Shown here: positions 13,988 through 25,500 of the stretch, one piece after another
How the letters are laid out: every line of letters begins with the position of its first letter
How positions within the stretch are numbered: position 1 is the first letter of the stretch
Source of the DNA: Lingula anatina
Taxonomy: Eukaryota > Animalia > Brachiopoda
Direction: 5' to 3'
Length of the DNA stretch: 64,000 nt
NCBI GenBank assembly: GCA_051362555.1
Contig: CM120643.1
Span: 7,192,001-7,256,000 of the forward strand
The notes under the pieces: model-generated
What the model was told of the DNA's origin: nothing
Seen by the model: only the letters and a program-made list of their open reading frames with translations
The model's database searches: none
Program-made: the position numbers and the translations under genes

Positions 13988-15365
13988 AGCATAACTTTTT
14001 GAAAAATGGTCTGAAAAGGCTGATTTTCAAACTTGACCTGTATTTTATGAATATTCATCAGTTCTGACAAAAGGTAAAAGAGTTTTATATATTTTATTTG
14101 TATAAGGGTGGATAAAAAAATTGGAATGATCTGGTCAGGCTGATTTTCTCATTTCACTTGTGTTTTTATGAATATTTATCAGTTCTATGTGCTAAATGAT
14201 AAAAGGTAAAACAATTTTCATATTAGTTTACTGGTTTATAACAATGAAAGTGCATATGGCTATATGTACAGACACATCTGTGTCTGTATAGAAAAAAAAT
14301 GGTTAGATCATGCTGATTTTTTAATTCGACCTGCATTTTACGAATATTCATCAGTTTGAAGAGAATAGGTCAATGTGTCTGTACATAAAAACTGACACCA
14401 CTTCCAGTGTTGGGCTTGACAAGCTCTACAAAATGCAATAAACAAGACGTCTCTAGCATTTTCTCTAGTTCCAAAATAGGTGTAAGAGAGTTTTCAGTTT
14501 TGGCACCAAATGGCTACTTCTCCCATGGAAATGCACCGATTGACCTCAAACTTAAGAAGATGAAAAAAGACCGTAAAAGTAACTCTTCATTATAATATGA
14601 CAGCTTAGGTCTGTGTAGTTTCTGAAAAAAGGCAAAAACAATTTTTTTTTTTTGCAGAAAATTCCCATTTTTACAAAAATTTGGCCGGTTTGACATTGAA
14701 AAGATCATTTGCAACAATTGCTACTGGAATGAAAGCTACTAGTAAATAAGAAATGTTTGAAAAGAAGACTAAGAACAACATACATGGACAACATAAAATA
14801 ATAAACAGGTCAAAAAAAAGTATAGTTCAAGTATTTGAGAGATGTGGTGATCCATGACAGCCAACCTGTTATGAGTGGATGGCACCCAGTGATGATGAAG
14901 TACACTCAATTTATAGAGCAATTTTGGGTAAATAGTTTTAAGGCCCAGATCTCAAAACAAGGATGACTTTTATTGTCAGTTATCAATTTCTGTATTCTTA
15001 TCTTAGTTATGCCAAAAGATTTTACTTTGTGCAAAACAGGCAGCAACCAGCACCCCCCCCCAAACAAGGAAAAAGTACAAATAGCAATAAGATTATATCA
15101 CAAAGTGTTACGTCTACCTCTTTCACAATATTTTTAAAGAATTACTCTGTTCAGAAAAATTATAGTGTTACTTCCTTACCTTATGTGAGGGATTTTTTTC
15201 AATTCCTCCTTCAAAAACTTGTGCAAACTTGCAGATTTCCCTTTCACCATACTAAAAGGCACCTTGAGAACCTCTGTGTATCCTGCTTGATATAGGAATT
15301 TTTTGTCAGCCTTTGCTTCACCTGGTGAATAAAGAAAACCAAATCAATGTTAACATTAACAAGCC

Positions 15366-15511
15366 AGAACACTAACAAGCCAGTGAATTTCTTTGCCTCC
15401 AAGTTCTTTCCTCTCTAGCTCTGCCTCATTCATCAACTGCTTCAAGAAAATCCTTATCTGCTCTTCAAAGTACTTCCGCTGGTGTAGTAAAGACAGATGT
15501 AACCATCCGTG
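15366..15511 (-). pseudogene. 146-bp duplicate of FASTKD5-like coding sequence (matches 16954-17099)
   Basis: WLHLSLLHQRKYFEEQIRIFLKQLMNEAELERKELGGKEIHWLVSVL versus WLHLSVLHKQNYLEEQIRIFLKHLMSEVKLERKKLGGKEIHWLVSVL. Confidence 0.9.
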
Positions 15512-15650
15512 AGAGGCCTCTTTCCTAGACTTAAACATATTTCAATGGCCTCTTTCCTAGACTTAAACATATTTCAATGTCTTACTGAAAGGAAATGTGT
15601 GCCTGAATATACTGAAAAATTAACATTTACACAAAGAAAACCTATTCATG

Positions 15651-17780
15651 TCAAAACTTTATCACATAGACGTATAACACATTCAAATTTAGATGGCCTC
15701 TGTTTAAAGCGTGAAATAATGTACTGTTACCTGGGAAATATATACCACAACATGTTGAGATTAAGACTCTGTTCACAGCCGTCTCTACATACAACAACCA
15801 CATTTTTAACTCACCAGTTAACACTGGCTTGTTGATAAAAAAATCTTCATCATGAAGAATCCACACTGCTATTCTTCTCCATCTTTCTGGCAAGGCAGAC
15901 ATGTTTTCCATTTTGAGGAATCCATTTTCATCAAAGACCCTGGGCACCAGCTTCATGTCTACAGGCTCATTTAATTCATTCAAACAGAACTCCACAATAG
16001 GACGATATATGGGAAGTACTGGCGTGACTCTTGCCATGTGGGGACCACCAAGAATCGTCTGTACAGCCTCTAAAACAGCCTTCTTTGAGGAATGCTGACA
16101 TATATTTTTCAATTTCTCTGCAAAGTATTGAATACCATCTGCTTTGTAAAGGCTTGGTGGAATCTTCTTAACATACTTGTCAATTTGCTCTATTTCTAAC
16201 CTTCCACACAACTCCACAATCCTTATACATGCATTCCCTTTTGGCTTCATGACATTTAATGATTCCTCCTTCATCAGACCAGACTGGAAACAACTATCAA
16301 GTATTCCACTGAAGACTTCATAATAGCCATGACGGCACATCAAACCACAAGAAATGGAAAGCAATTTGAAAGGGGGGATATTTCTCCCTTGGTTTTGCAC
16401 TAAATCAACCACTTTTTTTAAAAAAGCAATATTTGTATTGCAATCCATTCGTAGGTAAGCATGAACTAATCTATAACCATCCTCCCCATCGATATCTTGT
16501 GCATTAGCCACAAAGTTCTCAGCAACTTTCAACAGCATTTCATGATCAGAATAATTCATTACACTAAATTCCCATGTAATACCAATTTGCTGTCTTAATG
16601 GCAACAAAGACGCGTGCTTCTTAAATATCTCAGCAAGTTCTGTAACATATTGTACATCCATGAAACCTTTATTCAACTTCTGCTTTTTGGCTAAGCCCAA
16701 CATCCACTTAATGCACAGAAATGCACGTCTCTTGTATTCTTCAGTTCCATCACAAAGCAGAATCTCCAACACCTTCCAAAAAATGTCAGAGGGCACCAAA
16801 TATTCAACACTGCTACAGAGGCTGACATACCTGTCCACTTCTTTCGGCTCAGAGAATTCACTGTCGAATTTCAGCTCCTGTAAAAAATATCTTACATCAC
16901 TTTCATCCACCCATTTTCCTCCCAGTTCACAAGAATAGTATATTGCAGATTGTAGAACACTAACAAGCCAGTGAATTTCTTTGCCTCCAAGTTTTTTCCT
17001 CTCTAGCTTTACCTCACTCATCAAGTGCTTCAAGAAAATCCTTATCTGCTCTTCAAGGTAATTCTGCTTGTGTAGTACAGACAGATGTAACCATCGGTGG
17101 CAGGCATCTATCCTAATCTTAACATGCCATTCAGACCATACCTGTGACATGTGTCTCTCCAGTTCCTTATAAAACTGAAGGATTTCTGGAGATGGCTGAA
17201 TTAAAACCCCACTTAACAACAATCTGTTTAACTGACGTGGAACACTTCCCTCCATCAAACCTTTGTTCATGATGGTTAGCAGGGCTGATGATAACCTGTC
17301 ATCTTGTAAAAGATGAGTGTTTTGATATCTTGGCGAATCCCTCAAACATTTAAGACTAACAGCATATATATACGGAAGCACTCCGTCAAGGTCCTTTTCA
17401 GCTTCCCGAGCTCCGTTCTCGTAATCACTAATAATCTCTCCTTCGCTCCTTCCATCTTGAATGAGGTACCACTTCGCGATTTTTTCAAAACGTATTTTTG
17501 TGTCTCTGATGATGGCGTTACATTCATCTTTCATCTTGATGCCCTCATATTCATTGATTGTTTTTGTAGTAGAGTATGACAGCTCAGTCCCAGTGGTAAC
17601 TCTCCCTAACGACCAACCCCATATCTTGTGAGGGCTTCGCCTTCGTAGTTGAGAGACGGCACATGTAAATCGCAGCGATTGATGGCATTGTGAGGGTTGC
17701 GCCAAACACTGAGCTATTCTACCAACAAAACTGTGTCGACTACAACTTCGGTAGACATATCTCAGTGCCGAATAAAACAT
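15651..17780 (-). CDS. FASTKD5: FAST kinase domain-containing protein 5-like, mitochondrial; intronless, ~709 aa from the first ATG
   Basis: Long helical Leu-rich ORF; Arg/Ser-rich, acid-free N-terminus (MFYSALRYVYRSCSRHS..) resembles a mitochondrial presequence; C-terminal LGGPHMARVTPVLP..VEFCLNELNEPV..RRIAVWI..LTGELKM resembles the FASTKD5 FAST/RAP region. Confidence 0.75.
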   Translation of the reverse strand: MFYSALRYVYRSCSRHSFVGRIAQCLAQPSQCHQSLRFTCAVSQLRRRSPHKIWGWSLGRVTTGTELSYSTTKTINEYEGIKMKDECNAIIRDTKIRFEKIAKWYLIQDGRSEGEIISDYENGAREAEKDLDGVLPYIYAVSLKCLRDSPRYQNTHLLQDDRLSSALLTIMNKGLMEGSVPRQLNRLLLSGVLIQPSPEILQFYKELERHMSQVWSEWHVKIRIDACHRWLHLSVLHKQNYLEEQIRIFLKHLMSEVKLERKKLGGKEIHWLVSVLQSAIYYSCELGGKWVDESDVRYFLQELKFDSEFSEPKEVDRYVSLCSSVEYLVPSDIFWKVLEILLCDGTEEYKRRAFLCIKWMLGLAKKQKLNKGFMDVQYVTELAEIFKKHASLLPLRQQIGITWEFSVMNYSDHEMLLKVAENFVANAQDIDGEDGYRLVHAYLRMDCNTNIAFLKKVVDLVQNQGRNIPPFKLLSISCGLMCRHGYYEVFSGILDSCFQSGLMKEESLNVMKPKGNACIRIVELCGRLEIEQIDKYVKKIPPSLYKADGIQYFAEKLKNICQHSSKKAVLEAVQTILGGPHMARVTPVLPIYRPIVEFCLNELNEPVDMKLVPRVFDENGFLKMENMSALPERWRRIAVWILHDEDFFINKPVLTGELKMWLLYVETAVNRVLISTCCGIYFPGNSTLFHALNRGHLNLNVLYVYVIKF

Positions 17781-17884
17781 GATTACATGATTAAAATGTT
17801 CCCAGTACTGAACACGTCCATGGCCTCCACCACGACCACGAGGCGGTTGAGGCAAGCTCGCATTTGTAGAAACGGCAGGTCAGG

Positions 17885-18000
17885 TCACAAAATGGCGGAA
17901 AACGGCATTTCAGGCTACAAGAAAAAATGACATAAAAAGCGGAACCTTATACTAGGGAATAAACACCCCTTTCAACGCAATTTGACGTGAACAGCCAAGA
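17885..18000 (-). promoter_or_regulatory. Putative proximal promoter of the FASTKD5-like gene
   Basis: YY1-type motif aaaatggcgg (17889-17898), gcggaa and a tgacgt half-site lie ~110-210 bp upstream of the ATG. Confidence 0.35.
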
Positions 18001-18075
18001 CCCGTATCTTTTATATCATGTTACCTTTTCTTGAGCATCTTCCCTGCCTATAAGGACACGAGTTCTTGTAAAAAC

Positions 18076-18427
18076 TTAAAGGGATAAGAACTGTTCATTT
18101 TGGCCAAAAAATGAATTTTGCTGGGGTAAACAACAATTTTCCCAGTCTTACTAATGGTAAATGAATACATTCCGACATTCAAAGTTAGTCCGTGTTTTTT
18201 CCTTAAAAGTTTAGTTTTTTTTAATATTCTCTTAAGCATAAGAGATTATTACAGAGTTTAGCCTTCTATGGAGGTCACTTGGTGTGATGGCAAGCACAAA
18301 TCCCAGAATAATTGCGTTAACTGCCGTTTTTTTGTGGTAAAAAAGAATTTATTACATTTCTATGAGTTGTTTACAATGTATTTATTATGAAATATAGATA
18401 TCATGCGAACAGTTGTTATCCCTTTAA
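18076..18427. mobile_element. Kolobok-like MITE with TTAA TSD
   Basis: ttaa|agggataa ... ttatccct|ttaa; a reverse-oriented homologue lies at 50866-51205. Confidence 0.75.
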
Positions 18428-18603
18428 AGTAGGTCCTACATGCTGACGCCACAAGATAATAATGAATATGACTCTTGTTAATTACATGTATGTGGACTTT
18501 TCTTTTAACGGCAACAATTTCTACATAGAATTGACGTCATCTCTCAGCTGGCCTATGGTAGAAATTAAAAATAAATATATATATATAGAATTGACGTAGA
18601 AAT

Positions 18604-18605
<2 letters not shown>

Positions 18606-18690
<85 letters not shown>
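18606..18690. repeat. Compound (TA)n(GA)n microsatellite flanked by duplicated gaattgacgtcatc.ctcagctggc
   Basis: Read directly; the flanking duplicates are at ~18528 and ~18690. Confidence 0.9.
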
Positions 18691-18694
<4 letters not shown>

Positions 18695-21600
18695 GACGTC
18701 ATCACTCAGCTGGCTCTGGTACAAAGTAATGTTGTAAAGGCACTATCAATTGACGAAAAATGTCTCTTTTAGTTGGAAAGGCATCCTTTAAAAAAGAATT
18801 TGTCAGTGGAGATTTTGGGGGGTAGTGAAGAAACAATTAAAACTGACAGCTCATCAAAGGGATTCCTCGATAAATGAGATTATCTGTTATCAATATCTCT
18901 ACCTGGTGAACATTTTGATCTAAGGCAGGCATTTATAATTTTTCTTAGTGTCACACTGTTTATTCTTAGTATTATATTCATTACAGGGGGAATTGTCCGG
19001 GTGTCGGTTGTCCAGGGGGTAATACCCAGAGGTGGAGGATTGTCCCGGGGGGGGGGGGGGGGGGTCCCTGATACCTGCGACCACGACGGAGGGTGTCTTG
19101 GGGAATGCGAATATTCTATAACTTTTGGTATAATAAATGATTTGGTTTATGATCTTCCATACATGCTCTTCCATACACATACATACATACACACATGAAT
19201 ATTTAACTACTTAAATCATTGCTCTGTTTTGCACAGGAATGGAATTTGTCTCTTTAGGGCCGGGGTTAACTGGGTGTTTGGATACAGTATCTTAAATACG
19301 TAGTGATACATATAGGTAGGACACAAAAAGTTCTAGTAGAAAACAAAATAATTCTCATTTATTGCAATTAATATAACAAAAAATCCACATTTGTATGTTT
19401 ATGTCAGACGAAATGTCACAGTTACAATCTACACGTGTTTGCAAGGACACTCTTGTTTTTAGTCAATTCCTTTTCCATTAAAAGGAAGTTTTTTTACCCA
19501 CTAATCTCCAAGACTCCGAAGTTAAACATTGTATTCGGCTGACATAAATTGAAATACAGAGTGTCCCAGTATAAACGTAACCCAAAAATGTGAACGCCGT
19601 TTATTTTCTGTTTACAAATTATATACAATTCATATATATTTGAAAACTGCAGAAGTTAGCAAATCTACTGCTACAAACAACATGTCACGTGCTCTACTGG
19701 CAAAGATTTTGTCGTCATTTATAGAAAATACTCCAAATATGCTCTGTTATACATTGCACAGTGTCTTTCAATTCAAAATGTAGTTTTATTAAGTAGTAAA
19801 CATCAGAATGACAATTCGAGGACTAGCGAAAACGTTCTTCAAAGTTGTAAAGTGTATTGAACGAAACTAATCTGGGCACTCAGTCGTATGTATGCAGTCA
19901 CAGACTACATATTCCTCCGTTTAAATCGCACCGCACGCACAGTCTGTTCTCACGTGGTCTTCTGACCCACCTGTCCATCAATCATCACTGTACTAAATAT
20001 AAACATATCAATCATACACTGTAAATCTACAAAGTTCATTAAGTTTCCTGTTATAACCTCTCAGCAAAATTGAACTAAATGTAACGTACACCATCCCACC
20101 AAGGAAAATTTCAAAATTTATATTAAAAGAAAAAAAACAATAAAAAAACAAGGGCAAATAGAAAAGATCTCACGTTGAGCGATCTTTCAATATTTGATTT
20201 AAGCTTTCAAGTAAGACAATATTTTTTATCAGTGATAAGACAAAAAGAAGATATCCTCCAACAGAAGTAAATATTACTGCAAATAAAAGTACTAAGGACT
20301 AAGTCGGTTATAAAAACTTTATTTAATTGGGGCCTACCAAAAGTCGCATGCTTTGTATACATGTATGTGTGGATATAGCTGTAGAAGTAAAGCTATCGCC
20401 TGCGTCTGTCGTCGTCGCCCTGCATATTTCACTGTTATAGCAATAAATTGATAGTCGTGTGGCTTTTTTTTTTTTTTTTAATACTCAAACTTACTGGAGT
20501 AATTCACGTTAAAATGGCAGATATAGTGGGTCTTTTTTCCTTAAATTATCCCGCTTTTTTTTTTACTTTTCTGTTATAGGCCTATATTGTAATGTAAGAT
20601 TTGTTAACGCAATAAAAGGAAAACCCCGTGACTTACTGTATCATACTGAAATTTACAGAATCACTTTTTATATGAGTATTAAAATACAGGCCAAGGGCAA
20701 ATGTCAACTTTATCGGACCATTTTTGGCGAAGGTTATCACATGTCCCTCTTTCCTTCGAATGGAATGTGTCGTCTCTCCTGGTCGACGCTCTGCTTTCCG
20801 TAGTTGTTATAACTACAGCTTGCTAGAGTCCGTCTTAACACTTTCTTGCAAAAATAATTTGTAATTGGATATACATAAATATTCTGTCGTTAAAGAGTCT
20901 AGATTTATGATTTTAGTCGCTACGAGAGAAAATAATAAAGCTTGATAAAAGTATTGATCAAATAGGCCCATGATCATTAATATAAAGCATGTTATTATAA
21001 ATAGGTAATAATTTACAAATAATTAGCTTCACTTGTTTCGGCTTCTTGATCCTAGACAACGTCTCGACATGCATTCCCAGAGAAAAAAATGTATCGCCTG
21101 CAGGGCCTCAAGTACGGTTACCACTGTTACATGGCACTCTTTTTTCATATAAATGAAATTCATGACATTTGGACACTCTTGAAATATGTGCATTCAGTAT
21201 AAAAAGTTTTGAGTATTTAAAAAAATTATTATGATACTTCGGAGAAATTATATGAAAATGATCATATCAGCGTCCTCTGTCATTTATCGCTGTCTTCAAG
21301 ACATATTAGACGAGTATGTAAGCTTCACTTTAATTCATTGGGACAACATTTCAGAGGAAGAATTTGATAGAGTAAATCAGCGCTTAATTATAATGTCACG
21401 ATGATTTTCTAGCATAACGTCAGCATAACATTTGCTGGAACTTATTTTAATTTTAGTTCCTTTCGTAGCGTTGACGCTTTGCCAGTTAATTTTCTAGCGC
21501 TGCGTTTTTAGTAATGACGCTCTTTCTCAATAGACGTCATCTTTGAATTCGAAGTCCATCTTTGTGAATTACTATACTTGAAACATACGGTAGTTATATA

Positions 21601-24311
21601 AGTAGAAAAGATAAATCTGAACAGGTTTTTTTAGAAGCAAAAGTTGTAAAAGTTTGTATAACCTGGTGTGTTAGAGTTAAAGGACAACAAGTAAACACCC
21701 GAACGCACTCAAAACTCAATTTCCCCCGACTCTCCCAAACCTTTTATACCATCATCATACCCTCCCCCCCCCCCCCCATAATATTTGTGTCGTTTTATTT
21801 CAACATATTTCTCTATTGAATGGTTCGTCGAAATCTAATTTAAACTAAAATATCATATTGTCATTTTCAATGGCTTATTAGGTAATTTCTTTCTGAACTT
21901 TTTATCCCCCCTCCCCGCCTCGCGTTATGTCTTAACTAACACAATGGGGGGATATTTTGTGGAGTCCGTCACAATCATGGTTGAGACAGCATCAGAATCA
22001 AAACACCGCAGTCTCTATCGTAAGGTCTACTTGGTCAAACATAGCAAAAACTGCTCAGATATTTAAATCAGTGAACCTTATTGAGTCATATCAAGAAAGC
22101 CAGTGACCTACATAATGTCGTTTCAATTTGGGGTTGATAAGGATCTGAAGTTAATTTTCGTCTGGCATTTTTTTAAATATACTGAACACAAACGTCGTCC
22201 AATGTATTTTTAATGTTGTAAAGTACAAATGAAGTTTCATCCGTAAAATATTGGTGAGAGTTGAAAAGGAAAGGCGGTCACTTCAGCCTGCCACCTCCCC
22301 CTACCATGAATGTAATGGGATGGACAGCCTGGAAGGAGACGTCACTGCCTCAGTGCTGAGTGATAAGGAAGTGGATCGAAGGCGGCTTAGATATTAAGTA
22401 TACGATTATCGTAATTTCAGCCATATCAGTATAACGTTTTAAGAAATCAATGTTAGGTATTTGGTGATAAGTTACTTGTGATTTATTTTTCAAAAGTATT
22501 TTGACACCCGTTTGCTTAAAAGTAGTTTTGATCATTTCCCAACATTGCACTTCATGCTCAGTATTTTGAACTTCGGTAGAAATAGTAGTGGCAGTGGAAG
22601 TTTACCGTGAGAAATGGCCAAGGAGGGGAAAATGCTGTGAAATGTCTTGTGAGAGTCTGGCTATTGGCATGTTGATATTTAGTGAGCGGTTGGTAGTGGA
22701 ATTATAGATATATGACATAGGTATAGTAATAAACGTCCGTTTCGGAAGTAAAGAACATAATTCAAGTGTTAAGGGTGTATATTAATATACGTCTATTTCG
22801 AATATTTGCAAGATTTGACAAATTAATATTTAATATTTCATTTCATTTCATTACAATGTGTGAGCTAAATTGAAGTTATATTGATTTCTGCGTGACATAT
22901 TATAAGATCAACCTTGCAAGACATAGAGGGCGAACTGATAGCCCGAAATGCTGTTTGAAACGGATTTGAAAAAGCTCTGTCCAAAGGTGTCTTTTACGTG
23001 TTTTTTTTTTTTCAATATAACATCACGAATTTGAGGTCTTTGCATGTAACATATTTAAAACGTAATGATATATCAGATTGCATGGTCATCAGTTAGAAAA
23101 CTTGCTCTATTGTATTGAAATATGTTCTATACTCCCGTAGTTTCAAGTTTGTCACACGCAACATTTGTGAAATGGTACAATGTACTATATTTGTGGTATT
23201 CTTCAGCAAGACAGCAAGGGGTGACTTTCTAGTTTAGATGCGAATTAAGTACGCAAAAATATACAAATTTTATGTTGGTTTAAAGCCATATATTTTTCTG
23301 TAATATCCAGCAATTTCACCTAAATCACCAAGGAACCGTTGATAAATTCGTCAAAGCCCGCTGTCGAATTCTTAATTTAATTTCTGTTTTTACCGGCGTG
23401 ACTATATTCTTCAGCCTCATTCTCCAAATGGATTGAAATCTAGAATGACGCTCATTGTGTGTCTTTCTTTTAAAGTTCAGATGAGAAAAAAGGCATGTCG
23501 TCTCTTAAAATTTGAACATTTGCTGTCTTGTTGAGTAAGAGATGTAATTTTACGAACCAAGATCGGTTATTTTGTTTTTCTTGTGAAGTATGTAGAATTT
23601 ACAAATTTCAATTTCCATTTGCAAAAATTCCCTTCTTGAAAAGCTGATTTTGTTCATGTAAGTACCATTCATAGGAGCGAAAAGAAACTTCTTTCGCTTT
23701 TTAGTATTTTTATCTGAATGTAGTTCTTACAATATAAGATATGACATGATTTATTCTGAAATATAAAAAATTGCAATTAATCTGTTGAACAAATACAGGT
23801 TCTGGGTAAAGATGATGGGACCATTTATGTAAATGAAAATTTGTTTATTTTTTTAAATTTAACTGTTTTCGGAAATTCACTCTTACCAGCATCTTTCCTT
23901 CTATAGACCAGATGATGCAGAAATAAGGGATATTATATCGTATTAAGAACATTTTATGTTCAGAAGGCTGCAAAACATTTATTACAAATCTTTTCAAATT
24001 GACAATGGATGTAGGAAATATGAGAAATACCGTGATCTGCCCATTGGATTTTAACCCAGATTTCATGTAAATGTAGTTTATTTTCTAATTGAAAATGGGT
24101 GTAGGAATTATAAGAAATATCGTGACCTGTCCCTTGGATTTTAACCCAGATTCCATAAGTGAACATGTAGTTTGTACTTTTCTATAGCTACAGAAAGTAG
24201 TTTTTGTAAGGTTCATATTACTTTTAAAATCTAATGTTCATTATTATTTTAATTTTGTCAAAAGCTGGGTAAACGCTGTATTTGTTTTTACGTATTTTGA
24301 CACTTTTTTGC

Positions 24312-24522
24312 TTAAACCCCCTCTACACTGGACGGCGTCCTTTCTGCGTCCCGTGGTACGGCCCCGTTTGAGAGTTAAAAAATACTTTACGTGCCGACAT
24401 CTGGCCGATCATTGAGCATTCATTCTGCAATCAAAGCGATGCTTGTTCCTCCTTTCTATTTCAGTTTTATTGTCGCACAAAGGACGCAGAAAGGACGCCC
24501 TCCAGTGTAAAGGGGGTTTTAA
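24312..24522. mobile_element. PIF/Harbinger-like MITE with ~40-bp TIRs
   Basis: aaaccccctctacactggacggcgtcctttctgcgtcc ... ggacgcagaaaggacgccctccagtgtaaagggggttt, flanked by T/A triplets. Confidence 0.7.
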
Positions 24523-24640
24523 CAACGAAAGTATGTCCGTTTTGTCTTCCTAACGATACGTGTCCGACTTAAAAAGCGTTCAATTTTAAAGATCATTTAA
24601 GAAAAATCTCATAATTGTCATTATTATATAGAAAAAAAAA

Positions 24641-24776
24641 CAATGGCGGATCCAGGACATTTTAAAGGGGTCAGATGTTGACATTTGGGGCGAGATGGAA
24701 TATTTTGAGAACTTGATCATGTGAGTCCAGAATGGGTCTCTCTCCTCGGGGAGGGCGGAGACTAGATCCACCATTG
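24641..24776. mobile_element. Small hAT-like MITE
   Basis: TIRs caatggcggatc / gatccaccattg. Confidence 0.55.
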
Positions 24777-25129
24777 TTTTTTTTTTTAATTTTAATGAAG
24801 TTGAAATATATTGTTTTTGTCATTAAGAACAAACATAAGACCATTAATGTGATAGATAGTTTATTCGTCAAGTCGAATATATAAGAATGTTATATTTTTA
24901 CACCTGCAAGTGAATTTAAATGCAGGCATCATAATATTATACTAAAATATCATAATATTCTTTAAGATACTCAATGCTTTTTAACTTGTAGTAATAAAAA
25001 GACTGAAGACGATGATATTTTATAGATATATGTTTTATAAATAATTGAGTACATAAAAGCAATTTGTATTGCTTATTGCTCTTAATAAAAAACTTATTGA
25101 ATATACAAAATGTCTTAGTGTTTTTACTG

Positions 25130-25500
25130 ATGGCTATATTGCTCAGTGGTAGTGTGGGGTTGGGGTTCGATTCCTGGCTCGGGCACTTTGGAATTACAAT
25201 GAGGTGGCATTTGAAATTGTCTTTGGTTACTATAAGAAGAAAGTCTACCCGGGGAGGGTGGGTAACGCGCTTGCCTCTGAGACAGAAGGTCCCCAGTTCG
25301 ATTCCTGGCGCTTCTAGGTCCTAGCAAATTACCTTTTGCAAAAATAAACCCAAATAAACAATTCAAACTACTATAAGAGGATCATACGAATGAGGAAAAA
25401 CGCGAACTGAGACAGTGGCTCAGTAGGTAAGGCAACAGACTAAGAAGTAGACAAGGGTAATCTTGGAGATGAAAACCTAAGGTTCAAGTCGAGCTGAAGA
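25130..25500 (+). other. Three tandem degenerate tRNA-like (Pol III A/B box) units
   Basis: ttgctcagtggtag..ggttcgattcc (25139-25174); gggtaacgcg..cagttcgattcc (25260-25305); tggctcagtaggta..ggttcaagtc (25416-25490). Confidence 0.5.

Larger units (their letters stand above)
9985..14350 (+). repeat. Segmental duplicate of 62890-64000, expanded here by TE insertions
   Basis: Collinear matches: 9992/62896 (aaacaaggcag.aaagctg.caaatgtacagacaaaaa), 10732/63031, 12893/63115 (gcagtgcccaaaatagggg), 13520-13745/63455-63670. Confidence 0.85.

Noticed and set aside
17781-17855. N-terminal 25 aa of the 734-aa ORF
   Set aside because: It starts at a TTG codon; the first ATG at 17780 gives a plausible mitochondrial presequence.
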